Source: Trueperaceae bacterium
Lineage (GTDB): Bacteria > Deinococcota > Deinococci > Deinococcales > Trueperaceae
DNA length: 64,000 nucleotides
Assembly (NCBI GenBank): GCA_965214405.1
Contig: OZ243956.1
Coordinates: 352,001 to 416,000, forward strand
Reading direction: 5' to 3'
Notes under the pieces: generated by a model
What the model saw: only the letters and a program-made list of their open reading frames with translations
What the model was told of the DNA's origin: nothing
Database searches by the model: none
In this document: piece by piece, positions 37,831 to 47,641 of the stretch
How the letters are laid out: each line of letters begins with the position of its first letter
Position numbering within the stretch: the first letter of the stretch is position 1
Position numbers and translations under genes: made by a program

Positions 37831-38385
37831 CTAATCCCCGAACAGTTCCTCAACAGAAAGCGTCCAGCCCGGCACCACCTCGCCACCCTCCAACGTGTCG
37901 CCCAACCCCAGTACCTTCACGTCGGTAGGCGAGGTGTGAACGAGCACCTGTTTGTTGCGCGGGTTGACCACGGCGACCATACGGGAGCCCGCCCCCAACC
38001 ACTCCGCCACCTTTTCACTAACCTCAGTGTAGAGGTCACCAGGCGAAATGACTTCGACAACCAGATCGGGCGCGCCGGGCCAGTACCCCCGGACAGGTCC
38101 CACCTCGTCCAAACGTTTTTGGCTGATAAACGCGACGTCGGGCGCGCGGACGGTGTCGGGGTCGATGCTAAGCTTAAAGCCGGTTTCTGCGGCTGTCACC
38201 GTCCCCAGTTTTTGAGCGCGCACGTGAGAGATAAGGAGCCCTGTGAAAATCGCAGCAAGCGTGCCGTGTTCATAACCTGCGGGTGCCATTTTTTTTAGCT
38301 CCCCCTTCACGAGTTCGTAGCGGTAGCCGTCGCTGGGTTGGTGGAGAAGTTCTTCGGCGGTTACGGGTTTTGTTTGCGTTATCAT
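37831..38385 (-). CDS. Uma2 family endonuclease-like protein
   Basis: RYELVKGEL, VRAPDVAF, APDLVVEVISP. AAGGAGG SD before the ATG at 38385. Confidence 0.92.
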   Translation of the reverse strand: MITQTKPVTAEELLHQPSDGYRYELVKGELKKMAPAGYEHGTLAAIFTGLLISHVRAQKLGTVTAAETGFKLSIDPDTVRAPDVAFISQKRLDEVGPVRGYWPGAPDLVVEVISPGDLYTEVSEKVAEWLGAGSRMVAVVNPRNKQVLVHTSPTDVKVLGLGDTLEGGEVVPGWTLSVEELFGD

Positions 38386-38522
38386 GGGCCGCCTCCTTGC
38401 CCAAGTATAATGCGCCCGTAAAGCTTGTGTGGGCTCGTTCATCTACGTCTGAGCTCACCGCAAGGAAACGTCTCCAGCTTTGTGAAACCCTCGAGCCCGA
38501 CCGCATCTCGGTCAACCCTCAA

Positions 38523-38561
38523 CGTGTGACGCAGCCGTGTGACGCAGCCGTGTGACACAGC
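38523..38561. repeat. 13-bp tandem repeat x3 (CGTGTGACRCAGC)
   Basis: Read directly. No spacers. Confidence 0.9.
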
Positions 38562-38623
38562 CATTGATACAACCGCTTCGCCGGATGAGCAGCATTCACG
38601 CCCCGTCAGCCGAGGCTCGCATC

Positions 38624-38652
38624 TTGACAAAGGTGGAGACGCCGCCTAAGAT
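38624..38652 (+). promoter_or_regulatory. Sigma70 promoter of the znu operon
   Basis: TTGACA-17 bp-TAAGAT. Confidence 0.75.
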
Positions 38653-38659
38653 GGCTTAG

Positions 38660-38683
38660 TTAGTGAGAATACTTTCTCAATAA
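38660..38683. promoter_or_regulatory. Candidate Zur/Fur-family operator
   Basis: TTAGTGAGAA-TACT-TTCTCAATAA inverted repeat between the promoter and the SD of a metal ABC operon. Confidence 0.65.
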
Positions 38684-38696
38684 GGAGTGATGGACT

Positions 38697-39593
38697 GTGT
38701 CTCGTGTGCCGGGCCTTTTACTAAGTTTTTTATTTTCTGTTGCGGCTGGCTGCGCCTTCGCGCAGCCGACGGTTGTCACTTCTATAGAACCTTATTACGA
38801 TTTGGTGGACCAGATCGCAGGCGATGACGCCTCGGTCGTTCGCCTCTTGCCGCCTGGCGCGTCGCCCCACACCTTTGACCCAACGCCCAAAGACGTGGCG
38901 CAGGTCGCGGGCGCCGACTTGGTGGTGTTGAACGGTGGTTTAGATGAATGGCTTGTGGGCATAGTCGAGGCGAGCGGGACGAAGGCGGCGGTGCTCGAGG
39001 CCGTCGCGGAGGTTACGTTTGGGCCGCTCGAGAGGGATGAACACGAAGAGGACACGCAAGGCGAGAGCGGCGCGCATGGTCACGCGGGCGTCAACCCGCA
39101 CATCTGGCTCGACCCGACACTGATGGCGGAGTTTGTCCCCGTCATCGTTTCACATTTGTCCGACCTCGACCCGGAACACGCCGACGCTTACCAGGAGCGA
39201 GGGGCCGCGCTGGTCGATAACCTAACCGCGCTTGACAAGGAACTCTCCGACACCCTAGCGGGTGTCGAGGGCGCGCCGTTCGTGCCCTTCCACGACGCCT
39301 GGCCCTATTTCGCGCGGCGCTACGGTCTGGACCTCGTCGTCGAGATTGAACCCGCGCCGGGCCGCGAGCCGAGCACGCGTTATATTGCCGAGGCGTTGGA
39401 GACGATTCGTGAGAGCGGCGCCAAAGCCGTCTTTAGCGAACGCCAACTCCCGCCACGGCCTGCCGAGGTCGTGGCCGAAAACGCGGGCGTCGCGCTCGTC
39501 ATGCTCGACCCGCTGGGCGGCGGCAACGAGACCGAGACTTACCAGGCGATGATGCGCTCCAACGCGCGCGCCATTGCCGACGCGCTAAAGTAG
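38697..39593 (+). CDS. znuA: Zn/Mn ABC transporter substrate-binding protein
   Basis: SPHTF, His/acidic loop, NPHIWLDP, FHDAWPYF. Confidence 0.9.
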   Translation: MSRVPGLLLSFLFSVAAGCAFAQPTVVTSIEPYYDLVDQIAGDDASVVRLLPPGASPHTFDPTPKDVAQVAGADLVVLNGGLDEWLVGIVEASGTKAAVLEAVAEVTFGPLERDEHEEDTQGESGAHGHAGVNPHIWLDPTLMAEFVPVIVSHLSDLDPEHADAYQERGAALVDNLTALDKELSDTLAGVEGAPFVPFHDAWPYFARRYGLDLVVEIEPAPGREPSTRYIAEALETIRESGAKAVFSERQLPPRPAEVVAENAGVALVMLDPLGGGNETETYQAMMRSNARAIADALK

Positions 39594-39597
39594 TCTT

Positions 39598-40335
39598 ATG
39601 GCGACCTCTCCAGCGCTGCACGTCCACCACGTCACGGTGCGCTTTAATGAGGCGCTGGCGCTGCAAGACGTGAGTTTCGACCTTCCGGCAGGCGAGTTTT
39701 TGGCCGTCGTGGGACCCAACGGCGCGGGCAAGTCTACGCTCATCAAGGTGACGCTGGGACTCATCAAACCCAATAAAGGACACGCGGCGATTTTCGGCGA
39801 GGACGCGGGCAGTCACCCGGAGCGCATCGGCTACGTGCCGCAGCTCAAAACCTTTGACCGCTCGTTTCCCGCCACGGCGTTAGAACTCGTCGTATCGGGC
39901 GTGAGGCGTGCCTGGCCCGCGTTCGTTCGCCGGGAGGAGCGGGAGCGGGCGCTCGAGGCGCTGCGGACGGTCGGTGCCGATAAGCTCACGACTCGGCCTC
40001 TCGCCAAGCTCTCGGGCGGCGAGTTGCAGCGCGCGTTTTTGGCGAGGGCTTTGGTGCGCCGCCCCGACCTCGTGCTTCTGGACGAACCCGCGACCGGGGT
40101 TGATTTTTTGGCCGAGCACGACCTCTACGAGCTGTTGGAGCGCTACCAGCGTGAGAGTGGCGCGACCGTCGCCATGATTACCCACGACCTCTCGGCGGCG
40201 CGCTACCACTCGAGCCGCGTCCTCGTCCTCAACCGGCGCGTCTACGGCTACGGCCCCCCCGAGGTGCTCCGCGAAAGCTGTTTGAGAGAGGCGTACGGTC
40301 ACGCGGGGCACGCACATGAGGCGATTGTGCTGTGA
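39598..40335 (+). CDS. znuC: Metal ABC transporter ATP-binding protein
   Basis: GPNGAGKST, IGYVPQ, LSGGELQR, LLDEP, His-rich tail. Confidence 0.9.
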   Translation: MATSPALHVHHVTVRFNEALALQDVSFDLPAGEFLAVVGPNGAGKSTLIKVTLGLIKPNKGHAAIFGEDAGSHPERIGYVPQLKTFDRSFPATALELVVSGVRRAWPAFVRREERERALEALRTVGADKLTTRPLAKLSGGELQRAFLARALVRRPDLVLLDEPATGVDFLAEHDLYELLERYQRESGATVAMITHDLSAARYHSSRVLVLNRRVYGYGPPEVLRESCLREAYGHAGHAHEAIVL

Positions 40336-40488
40336 CGCGTGTTGTGCAGAGGGTGGATTGAGCGGGCAAGTGGGAATGAGAAAGTACCGAGTGAAAAGTG
40401 ATGCGTGGTTAGTGATGAGTAGCGTCAAAAACCTTTCCTCCCCCTACGTTTTTATCCCCTCGAGCGTCCACAAAGAAAGCGGTAATTT

Positions 40489-41298
40489 GTGACCGAATTT
40501 ATCGCGGTGATGCAGCTTCCGTTTATGCGCTACGCGCTCCTGGCGGGGCTTTGTGTGGCGGTGATGGGGGGAGTTTTGGGGGTGTTCGTGGTGCAGCGCG
40601 GGCTCTCGTTTTTGGGTGACGGGCTGGCGCATTCGGCGTTTGGGGGGGTGGCGCTGGGGCTGCTCGTGGGGGTGAGTCAGCCGCTGTGGGTGGCGCTGCC
40701 CTTTACCCTGGTGACCGCGCTGGGTATCGCCTGGGTGCGGGAGCGGACGGCGCTCTCTTCGGACACGACCATCGGCGTTTTTTTTGCGACCTCGGTGGCG
40801 CTGGGCGTGCTGTTTATCTCCTTGAAGCGCACCTACACCACCGACGCCTGGCACTGGCTCTTCGGCTCGATTTTGGGCGTCGGGCTCGAGGAGTTATGGA
40901 TTATTCTCAGCGTCACTACCATAAGCGTGACGCTCGTTCTCATACTCTGGAGCCGCCTCGCCTACGCCACCTTCGACCCCGAGTTGGCGCAGGCGGACGG
41001 GGTGAGAGTCGGGAGGCTGGAATACGCGCTGCTCACGCTTAGCGCGGTAACCATCGTCGCCAGCGTCAAGGTCGTTGGCGTGATTTTAATGGCCGCTTAT
41101 CTGGTCATTCCGGCGGCGGCGGCGCGGCTGCTGTCGCGTTCGCTCGCCACCATGACCCTGCTAAGCGTGCTGATTGGGCTGCTCAGCACCGTCTCGGGTC
41201 TCGTGGCGTCGTACTTTTTGGACGTGCCCTCGGGGAGCACCATCGTCTTGTCGCAGGTGGGGTGCTTTGTGGTGGCGGCGGTGGTTTCTCGGCGCTGA
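40489..41298 (+). CDS. znuB: Metal ABC transporter permease
   Basis: FLGDGLAHSAFGG, LFGSIL, TFDPELA, VPSGSTIV. Confidence 0.9.
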   Translation: MTEFIAVMQLPFMRYALLAGLCVAVMGGVLGVFVVQRGLSFLGDGLAHSAFGGVALGLLVGVSQPLWVALPFTLVTALGIAWVRERTALSSDTTIGVFFATSVALGVLFISLKRTYTTDAWHWLFGSILGVGLEELWIILSVTTISVTLVLILWSRLAYATFDPELAQADGVRVGRLEYALLTLSAVTIVASVKVVGVILMAAYLVIPAAAARLLSRSLATMTLLSVLIGLLSTVSGLVASYFLDVPSGSTIVLSQVGCFVVAAVVSRR

Positions 41299-41442
41299 CG
41301 GTTGCCTGCGAGACGCGGAGGTTGGTTAAGGAAGTACCGAGTGCCGAGTAAAAAGTGATGAGCAGATTCAAAATCTCTTCCCCGCCTCTACCCCACCTGA
41401 TTTCTCCCTAAAAAGCTCGCTTAATGAGAATACTGCCAATCC

Positions 41443-42285
41443 CTACCCGGTGTGAGGGTGCGCCCCTAGCCACTCGAGCACATCCCCCACAGGTTTCTCC
41501 TTGCCGATATCGTTAAAAATTTCGTGGTAATAGCCGTCATAGATATGAAGCGTTTTGTCCTTTGACCCCACCCGCTCATAAAGTTCCCGGCTGCCCTCCG
41601 GCGCGGCCAGCCGGTCCGCGCCGCCGTGCATGATGAGGACGGGCAGGCGGACGCTGTCGGCGCGTTCCATCACAAACGCGCCCGCCTGGAGCATTTCGTG
41701 GCCCAGGCGCGCCTTGACCTTGTCGTGGTAGACGAGCGGGTCCGTACGGTAAGCCTCCACCACCGCCGGGTCGCGGGAGAGGGCGTCGGTATCCAAAGAT
41801 TGTACGGGCAGGCTTGGAAAAAGGCGGCTTACCGGGCCGGAGAGGGCCAGAAGCGCCCGTGGCACCTCGGCAGCGTTGCTCAAGTAAGCCCCGCTCAACA
41901 GGAGGCCGTCGACCCGTTCGGGTTGCTCGAGCACCATCTGCAGCGCCACCAAACCGCCCATGCTGTGCCCCAGCAAAAACCGGGGCGGGTTCGGGTGAAT
42001 CTCGCGCACGTGCTCGGTAAAGCGCGCGAGGTCAGAAACAAACTCACGAAACACGCCGACGTTGGCCCGCTCCCCCTCGCTGTGACCGTGCCCGCGGTGG
42101 TCGAGCGCGTAGACGGCGTAACCCGCCCCCACCAGCCGCGCCGCCAGCGCGTCGTAGCGCCCGGCGTGCTCGGCGTAGCCGTGGGCGATAATGACCGCCG
42201 CCTCCGGTCGCCCCGCCCCGTCGGGCAGCCAGCGGTAGGTAGCGAGGGCCACGCCCGTTTTCAGCAGATAAGTCTGGCGCTGCAC
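41443..42285 (-). CDS. Lysophospholipase-type alpha/beta hydrolase
   Basis: HGYAEHAGRY, DHRGHG, GHSMGG, HGGAD, YHEIFND. Confidence 0.92.
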   Translation of the reverse strand: MQRQTYLLKTGVALATYRWLPDGAGRPEAAVIIAHGYAEHAGRYDALAARLVGAGYAVYALDHRGHGHSEGERANVGVFREFVSDLARFTEHVREIHPNPPRFLLGHSMGGLVALQMVLEQPERVDGLLLSGAYLSNAAEVPRALLALSGPVSRLFPSLPVQSLDTDALSRDPAVVEAYRTDPLVYHDKVKARLGHEMLQAGAFVMERADSVRLPVLIMHGGADRLAAPEGSRELYERVGSKDKTLHIYDGYYHEIFNDIGKEKPVGDVLEWLGAHPHTG

Positions 42286-42688
42286 AAAAGCCTCCTGGTG
42301 TACCCGGGGAGCTTACCCGTTGAGTAACTCTAGCACTGTGCCTCACGGCCAACGCCTCGGCACATCCAAGGGGCGAGCCTGGGGAAGGTCAAGACGTCGA
42401 GAAACCAGCCAGAAACCAGCCAGTACCGTGGTTTTCAGAAGTAACGTCGCCTGCCTCTTAAAAACTGTGTGCTGGACGTGAACGAGAACAAGCACTTCGA
42501 AGCTTTTCAACCCCAGGAAGCGTCGGGCACAGCATCTGCGAATTCAGGTGGCAAACGGTGTAAATGAGGAGGGTGTAAATGAGCAAGTTGTCTTTGTGTG
42601 CTTACCCATCATATGCTTACTCATCACCCTACAGACGCGTACCCACAGTAAAAATCTCGAGATTTGAGGAAACAGATTTGAGGAAACA

Positions 42689-44131
42689 ATGACGGAAACG
42701 GACACCAAAACTAATCCTGAGGCTTGGCTCGAGACCGCGCCCCAGAAACGCCAGGCCTTAGCCGCCGACCCCCACCGCCCGCGCTACCACTTTCTCCCGC
42801 CCGACGGCTGGACGAACGACCCCAACGGGGTGATTCAGTGGGAGGACTCTTACCACCTCTTTTACCAGCACAACCCGCACGGCCCTTTTTGGGGCACGAT
42901 TCACTGGGGTCACGCGGTCTCGACCGACCTCGTTCACTGGGAAGATTTGCCGATTGCGCTCGAGCCCTCACGTAACGGCCCCGACAAGGACGGCTGCTTC
43001 TCGGGCTGCGCGGTGAATGATAACGGGGTGCCGACGCTCCTTTATACGGGCTTCGCCGACACCAAGCAGACGCAGTGCTTAGCCACAAGCCGCGACGGGC
43101 TCCTCACTTGGGAGAAATACGCGGGCAACCCGGTGCTCGCCACGCCGCCCGAAGGCGTGCGCCCGCTCGACTTCCGCGACCCCTGGGTGTGGCGCGAGGG
43201 GGACGCGTGGTACATGGTGCTCGTGTCCGGCAGGCCCGAGGGTGGCGGGATGGCGCTTCTTTACCGCGCTGCCGATTTGCGCCGTTGGGAGCCCCTGCCC
43301 CACCTCCTCACGGGCGAGGTCGAAGAGACCGGCGAGGTGTGGGAGTGCCCCAACTTTTTCCCGCTGGGTGATAAGCACGTGCTTATCGTCTCGGTCTGGC
43401 CCAAGCACAGCGTTCACTATTTTGTGGGCACTTTTGCGGCTGAACGTTTCGTCCCGGAATCCCGCGGCGTCCTCGACCCCGACGGCAGTCTGTACGCGCC
43501 GCTCACGTTAGGGGACGCTCAAGGTCGCAGGCTCCTGTGGGGCTGGCTCGACGAGCAGCGGAGCCGCGAGGTGCAACGGGCCGCAGGCTGGGCCGGGGTG
43601 ATGTCGCTGCCGCGCGTGCTTTCGCTGGACGAGGGTGAACTCCGCACCGACTTCGCGCCGGAGTTGCGGGGGTTACGCCAGAAATATACGAAGATGAGCT
43701 CTCTCGACGTCGCCGGAACAGTAAAGGTGGAGGGTGTGAAGAGCCGGGCGCTCGAGCTCCGCCTCACGCTCCAAAAGGGCTCCGCCTCGCGCTCGGGCAT
43801 CCTTCTCGCCCGCTCACCCGGTGGCGAGGAGGAAACGCGCGTTTTCATGGACTGGGATGAAGGAACGTTGGTGATTGACCGGGCGCGCTCGAGCCTCCTA
43901 CCCGAGGCGGAGCGGCGCGCGCAGTCGGGGGCATTGTCCGCTACCGACACGCTGGACCTGCACCTCTACCTTGACGGGTCGGTCTTAGAACTCGTCGCCA
44001 ACGGACGGCTTACGCTGAATACGCGCGTCTATCCGAGTCGTGACGACAGTCTGGGGGTGAAGCTTTTCGCGGATGGCGGGGTGAGCCGGTTGGGGCTTTT
44101 GGAGGTGTGGACGCTGGCGTCTATTTGGTAG
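42689..44131 (+). CDS. GH32 beta-fructofuranosidase / sucrose-6-phosphate hydrolase
   Basis: WTNDPNG, WGHAVS, FSG, FRDP and WECP catalytic motifs. Confidence 0.95.
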   Translation: MTETDTKTNPEAWLETAPQKRQALAADPHRPRYHFLPPDGWTNDPNGVIQWEDSYHLFYQHNPHGPFWGTIHWGHAVSTDLVHWEDLPIALEPSRNGPDKDGCFSGCAVNDNGVPTLLYTGFADTKQTQCLATSRDGLLTWEKYAGNPVLATPPEGVRPLDFRDPWVWREGDAWYMVLVSGRPEGGGMALLYRAADLRRWEPLPHLLTGEVEETGEVWECPNFFPLGDKHVLIVSVWPKHSVHYFVGTFAAERFVPESRGVLDPDGSLYAPLTLGDAQGRRLLWGWLDEQRSREVQRAAGWAGVMSLPRVLSLDEGELRTDFAPELRGLRQKYTKMSSLDVAGTVKVEGVKSRALELRLTLQKGSASRSGILLARSPGGEEETRVFMDWDEGTLVIDRARSSLLPEAERRAQSGALSATDTLDLHLYLDGSVLELVANGRLTLNTRVYPSRDDSLGVKLFADGGVSRLGLLEVWTLASIW

Positions 44132-44200
44132 TCGGACGCGTTGGTTTGGGCGCGAAACGCGACGAGCCGTTGGCGCAGACTAAGGCTGTTTGGGTGTGCT

Positions 44201-44232
44201 CGAGGGCCGCTGAGAAAGCGGCCCTCGTTTTT
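44201..44232 (+). terminator. Intrinsic terminator
   Basis: CGAGGGCCGCT-GAGAA-AGCGGCCCTCG-TTTTT. Confidence 0.85.
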
Positions 44233-44452
44233 GGTGTGACCCGAACGGCAGCTTGCCGAGTCTAAGCTTAAAACCAAGCAGCCTGATACGACGTTCAAAC
44301 ACAGTAACGGGTATCATTTGATTGAATAAGTTTTAGTTTGTGGACAAGTATTCACAGTATAGTCAAAAGAAATATCTGCTCCGAATCCGTTTAGCATCTC
44401 CAAAAACCGCCACAAGAGATATATCTCACTTTTGACGAGAGGAACGCCGCGT

Positions 44453-46177
44453 ATGGTCAGGGAAAACGCGAAAGAAACACATCCAGAAAAGGTTGGCGAC
44501 GCTCCTCCCATGCCCGAGGCGGCTTTTCCGACGCTGACGCGGGCGCAGCTAGGGCGCGTTCGTCCGCTCGGCAAGGAGCGCGTCGTCGCCGCGGGCGAGG
44601 GCCTCTTCACCGAGGGCGAGGAGAGCTACGACTTTATCGTTATTTTAGAGGGCAGCGCCGCGGTGTACGAAGACCGGGCGGGAGAGCGGCAGATTGCCAG
44701 GGACGTCGGGGTGAACAATTTCCTCGGCGAGATGGGGCTGCTGCTGGGCGAAACGGTCTACGCCACCGCAAAAATGAAAGAGGCGGGCTGCATTCTCTCC
44801 TTGACCCCCGAGGCGCTACGCGAACTCCTAGGCCGCGACGCGGAGCTTTCCAACCTCATTCTGAGCGCCTTTGCAGCGAGGCGCGGCATCGTGTCCGAAG
44901 GCGGGTCGGGACTCACCATCGTCGGCTCGCACAAGGACCGGGACGCGGTGCGCCTGGCGACTTTTGCAAGCCGCAACTATCTGCCGATGCGCTGGCTCGA
45001 CCTAGAGGACGACGTCAGGGAGGCGGAAGCCTTTCTGACGCAAATCGGGCGGACCAAAGCGTCTCTTGAAGAAACCGGGGCCATCGCCGTATGGGGAAGC
45101 GAGACGGTGCTGGACAACCCGAGCAACTTCGAACTCGCCCGCGTGATTGGGTTTGGCTCGGAACTCGCTTCCGACGAGGTGGTCGATCTAGCCATTGTCG
45201 GCGCGGGACCGGGCGGGCTCGCGGCGGCGGTGTACGGCGCGAGCGAGGGGCTCAGCACGGTTGTTTTGGACGAGGTGGGTGCGGGCGGTCAGGCGGGGTC
45301 GTCGTCGCGGATAGAGAATTATCTGGGCTTTCCCGCGGGGGTCTCGGGCACCGAACTCGCAAGCCGCGCCATCGTCCAGGCGCGTAAATTCGGGGCGGCC
45401 TTTGGAATGCCCCACGAAGCGGTGAGCTTAGGGCGTAACGAGGACTCCTATTTGCTCACGCTCAAGGATGGGGGCAAGGTGGGCGCGCGAACCGTCGTCA
45501 TTGCGACGGGGGTGTACTACCGCCGCTTGCCACTAGCGCGCCTGCGCGACTTTGAGGGCGTCGGCGTCTACTACGCGGCCACCGAGATGGAGGCGCGCAA
45601 CTGTTTTAGCAACACGGTCGCCGTGGTGGGGGGCGGCAACTCGGCGGGTCAGGCGGCGATGTTTTTGTCCGAGCGGGCGGCGTGGGTGGTGCTGCTCATT
45701 CGGGGCGACGACCTCCGCAAGAGCATGAGCAGCTATCTGGCCGACCGCGTCGAGACCTCGCCGAGGATTGACGTGATGCTCCACAGCGAAGTCCGGGAGT
45801 TGCACGGTGAGGGAGGGCTCGAGCAGGTCACCATCGAACACACCGACACCGGAGAGGTTGAGACGCTTCAGTGCCCCGCCCTCTTTCTTTTTATCGGCGC
45901 GGTGCCGCGCACCGAGTGGGTGCGTCCGGACTGCGGCGACCTTACGGTAGCCACCGACGCCAAGGGCTTTATCAAAACGGGCCTCGCGGTGGAGGACGCC
46001 GAGAGGGACGCTAGCCTGTGGCGCGGCCTCACGCCGTCGACCTTCGAGACGAGTTTGCCGGGCGTGTTCGCCGTCGGCGACGTGCGGAGCGGGTCGACCA
46101 AGCGCGTCGCGGGCGCGGTCGGGGAGGGTTCGGTGGCGGTCAAGGCGGTGCATGACCGCTTGGACACGTACAGGTGA
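44453..46177 (+). CDS. cNMP-binding domain fused to thioredoxin-reductase-like flavoprotein
   Basis: N-terminal LFTEGE...FLGEMGLL. GAGPGGLAAAVY, SSRIENYLGFP, GGGNSAGQAA, TSLPGVFAVGD. Confidence 0.9.
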   Translation: MVRENAKETHPEKVGDAPPMPEAAFPTLTRAQLGRVRPLGKERVVAAGEGLFTEGEESYDFIVILEGSAAVYEDRAGERQIARDVGVNNFLGEMGLLLGETVYATAKMKEAGCILSLTPEALRELLGRDAELSNLILSAFAARRGIVSEGGSGLTIVGSHKDRDAVRLATFASRNYLPMRWLDLEDDVREAEAFLTQIGRTKASLEETGAIAVWGSETVLDNPSNFELARVIGFGSELASDEVVDLAIVGAGPGGLAAAVYGASEGLSTVVLDEVGAGGQAGSSSRIENYLGFPAGVSGTELASRAIVQARKFGAAFGMPHEAVSLGRNEDSYLLTLKDGGKVGARTVVIATGVYYRRLPLARLRDFEGVGVYYAATEMEARNCFSNTVAVVGGGNSAGQAAMFLSERAAWVVLLIRGDDLRKSMSSYLADRVETSPRIDVMLHSEVRELHGEGGLEQVTIEHTDTGEVETLQCPALFLFIGAVPRTEWVRPDCGDLTVATDAKGFIKTGLAVEDAERDASLWRGLTPSTFETSLPGVFAVGDVRSGSTKRVAGAVGEGSVAVKAVHDRLDTYR

Positions 46178-46250
46178 CGTGCAGAGAAACCTGGCGGGGA
46201 ACTCGAGCCTCCCCTTCACATCGAGACGCTAAAACCTGAGCCACAACGCT

Positions 46251-46904
46251 TCACGCGGCGTCTCTTCCGTAAAGGCTGACCAAGCGGGCGATGGCGACCG
46301 CGAGGTAGAGCACGCCCACCACGGCCTCCAAGGTCGACAAGGAGCGCGCCCAGGCGTTGATGGGTTGAACGTCGCCGTAGCCGACCGTGTTGAGCGTGAC
46401 GTAGCTGTAGTATATGAGTTGCTGCCAGACGACGCCCTCGCCGGGTGACGCGCCGCCAACAAACGAGCCCGGCTGCACGGTCTCGATAAGCCCGTAGACC
46501 GGCACGAAGGTCGCGCCGATAAGCAGGTAGATACTCAGCGCGGCCAGCACGGTGTTGACGGTAACGCGCGTCTGAAGCCGCGTAAAACGCGCCAACGAAT
46601 AGATGATGATGAGCTGGAAAGGAAGCACCGCGGCGTAGGCTGCTAGGTTGGCCCAGGCGTTCTCCGGGTCGGTGATGTACCAGATGCTGGCGGCAAAAAC
46701 GACGAGCGCGCTCGCCAAGTTGACGCGAAGCTGCGTCCGGCTCTCGCCCGCAGCGAAGCTTCCCGACACGAACATGAGCGCGTAAAGAACTTGATGACCG
46801 ATAAACCAGCCTTGCCCCAGGTAAGTGAGCGGGTACCCGAACTGCACGAGGATGACGAGCGTCAGAAACGACGCGAGGAGCGTCGTGGTGGAAAAGCGGC
46901 GCAC
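46251..46904 (-). CDS. Potassium channel family protein
   Basis: Selectivity filter YYSYVTLNTVGYGD. Several transmembrane helices. Confidence 0.88.
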   Translation of the reverse strand: MRRFSTTTLLASFLTLVILVQFGYPLTYLGQGWFIGHQVLYALMFVSGSFAAGESRTQLRVNLASALVVFAASIWYITDPENAWANLAAYAAVLPFQLIIIYSLARFTRLQTRVTVNTVLAALSIYLLIGATFVPVYGLIETVQPGSFVGGASPGEGVVWQQLIYYSYVTLNTVGYGDVQPINAWARSLSTLEAVVGVLYLAVAIARLVSLYGRDAA

Positions 46905-47001
46905 CCTTTTATGATGTCACAAATACGTCGAGGTCATAGGATTCGCGCCAGGGCTCGAGCCCAGTCACCTCAAACTCCTTTACGCTCGAGTCCAAACCAC
47001 C

Positions 47002-47628
47002 TCAAACCCTATTACGCCCAAGCACCACCCCGGCCTCCCCCACCGTCATCGTTTTGTTGTAAATCTCGCTGCCGGGTTCTTGTACCTTGCTCTCGCGTAG
47101 CGGCCCCGTGTCGAGCGGGCCGAAGCCGATGGCTTTGATAAGGTCGGCGACCGTAGCCTTGGCTCCCGCGTCGTCCCCGGCCAAAAAGATGACGCGCCGC
47201 GCGTCAATAGGCTTAAACGTATCCCCTTGGTCGCGCAGGTGCTCCCAATAAATCGTGTTAAACGCCTTGACGACCCTCGTGTCGGGCAGGTGCTCGGCGA
47301 CGAGTTCGGTTTGAGCGCGCCCGCCTAAGTCGATGTCGCCGTCACGCTGCGGGTAATAGTTCGACGCGCTAATGAGGATTTTGTTCGCAAGCGCCGCTAC
47401 CGGCAGGTCGCGGTAATGTCCATAGGGAATGGCCTCTAACACGACCTCGCCAAACTTTGCAGCGTCTTCCGCCGTCATCGCCTGAGCGTTGGGGCCGAGG
47501 TTTTGAACAGCCTCAGTTAACGTTTCCGGCCCGCGCGAGTTACTGATAGCGACCCTGTGACCCACGTTTATAAAAAGCTCTGCCGCCGTATTGCCGATAT
47601 GCCCCGCGCCGATGATGCCGATGTTCAT
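47002..47628 (-). CDS. NADPH-dependent F420 reductase family oxidoreductase
   Basis: GIIGAGHIG, NSRGPETL, NYYPQRDG, VVKAFNT, AGDD. Confidence 0.9.
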   Translation of the reverse strand: MNIGIIGAGHIGNTAAELFINVGHRVAISNSRGPETLTEAVQNLGPNAQAMTAEDAAKFGEVVLEAIPYGHYRDLPVAALANKILISASNYYPQRDGDIDLGGRAQTELVAEHLPDTRVVKAFNTIYWEHLRDQGDTFKPIDARRVIFLAGDDAGAKATVADLIKAIGFGPLDTGPLRESKVQEPGSEIYNKTMTVGEAGVVLGRNRV

Positions 47629-47641
47629 AGCTTCTCCTTTT

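Noticed and set aside
38523..38561. Possible CRISPR array
   Set aside because: 13-bp units with no spacers and no cas genes; a simple tandem repeat.
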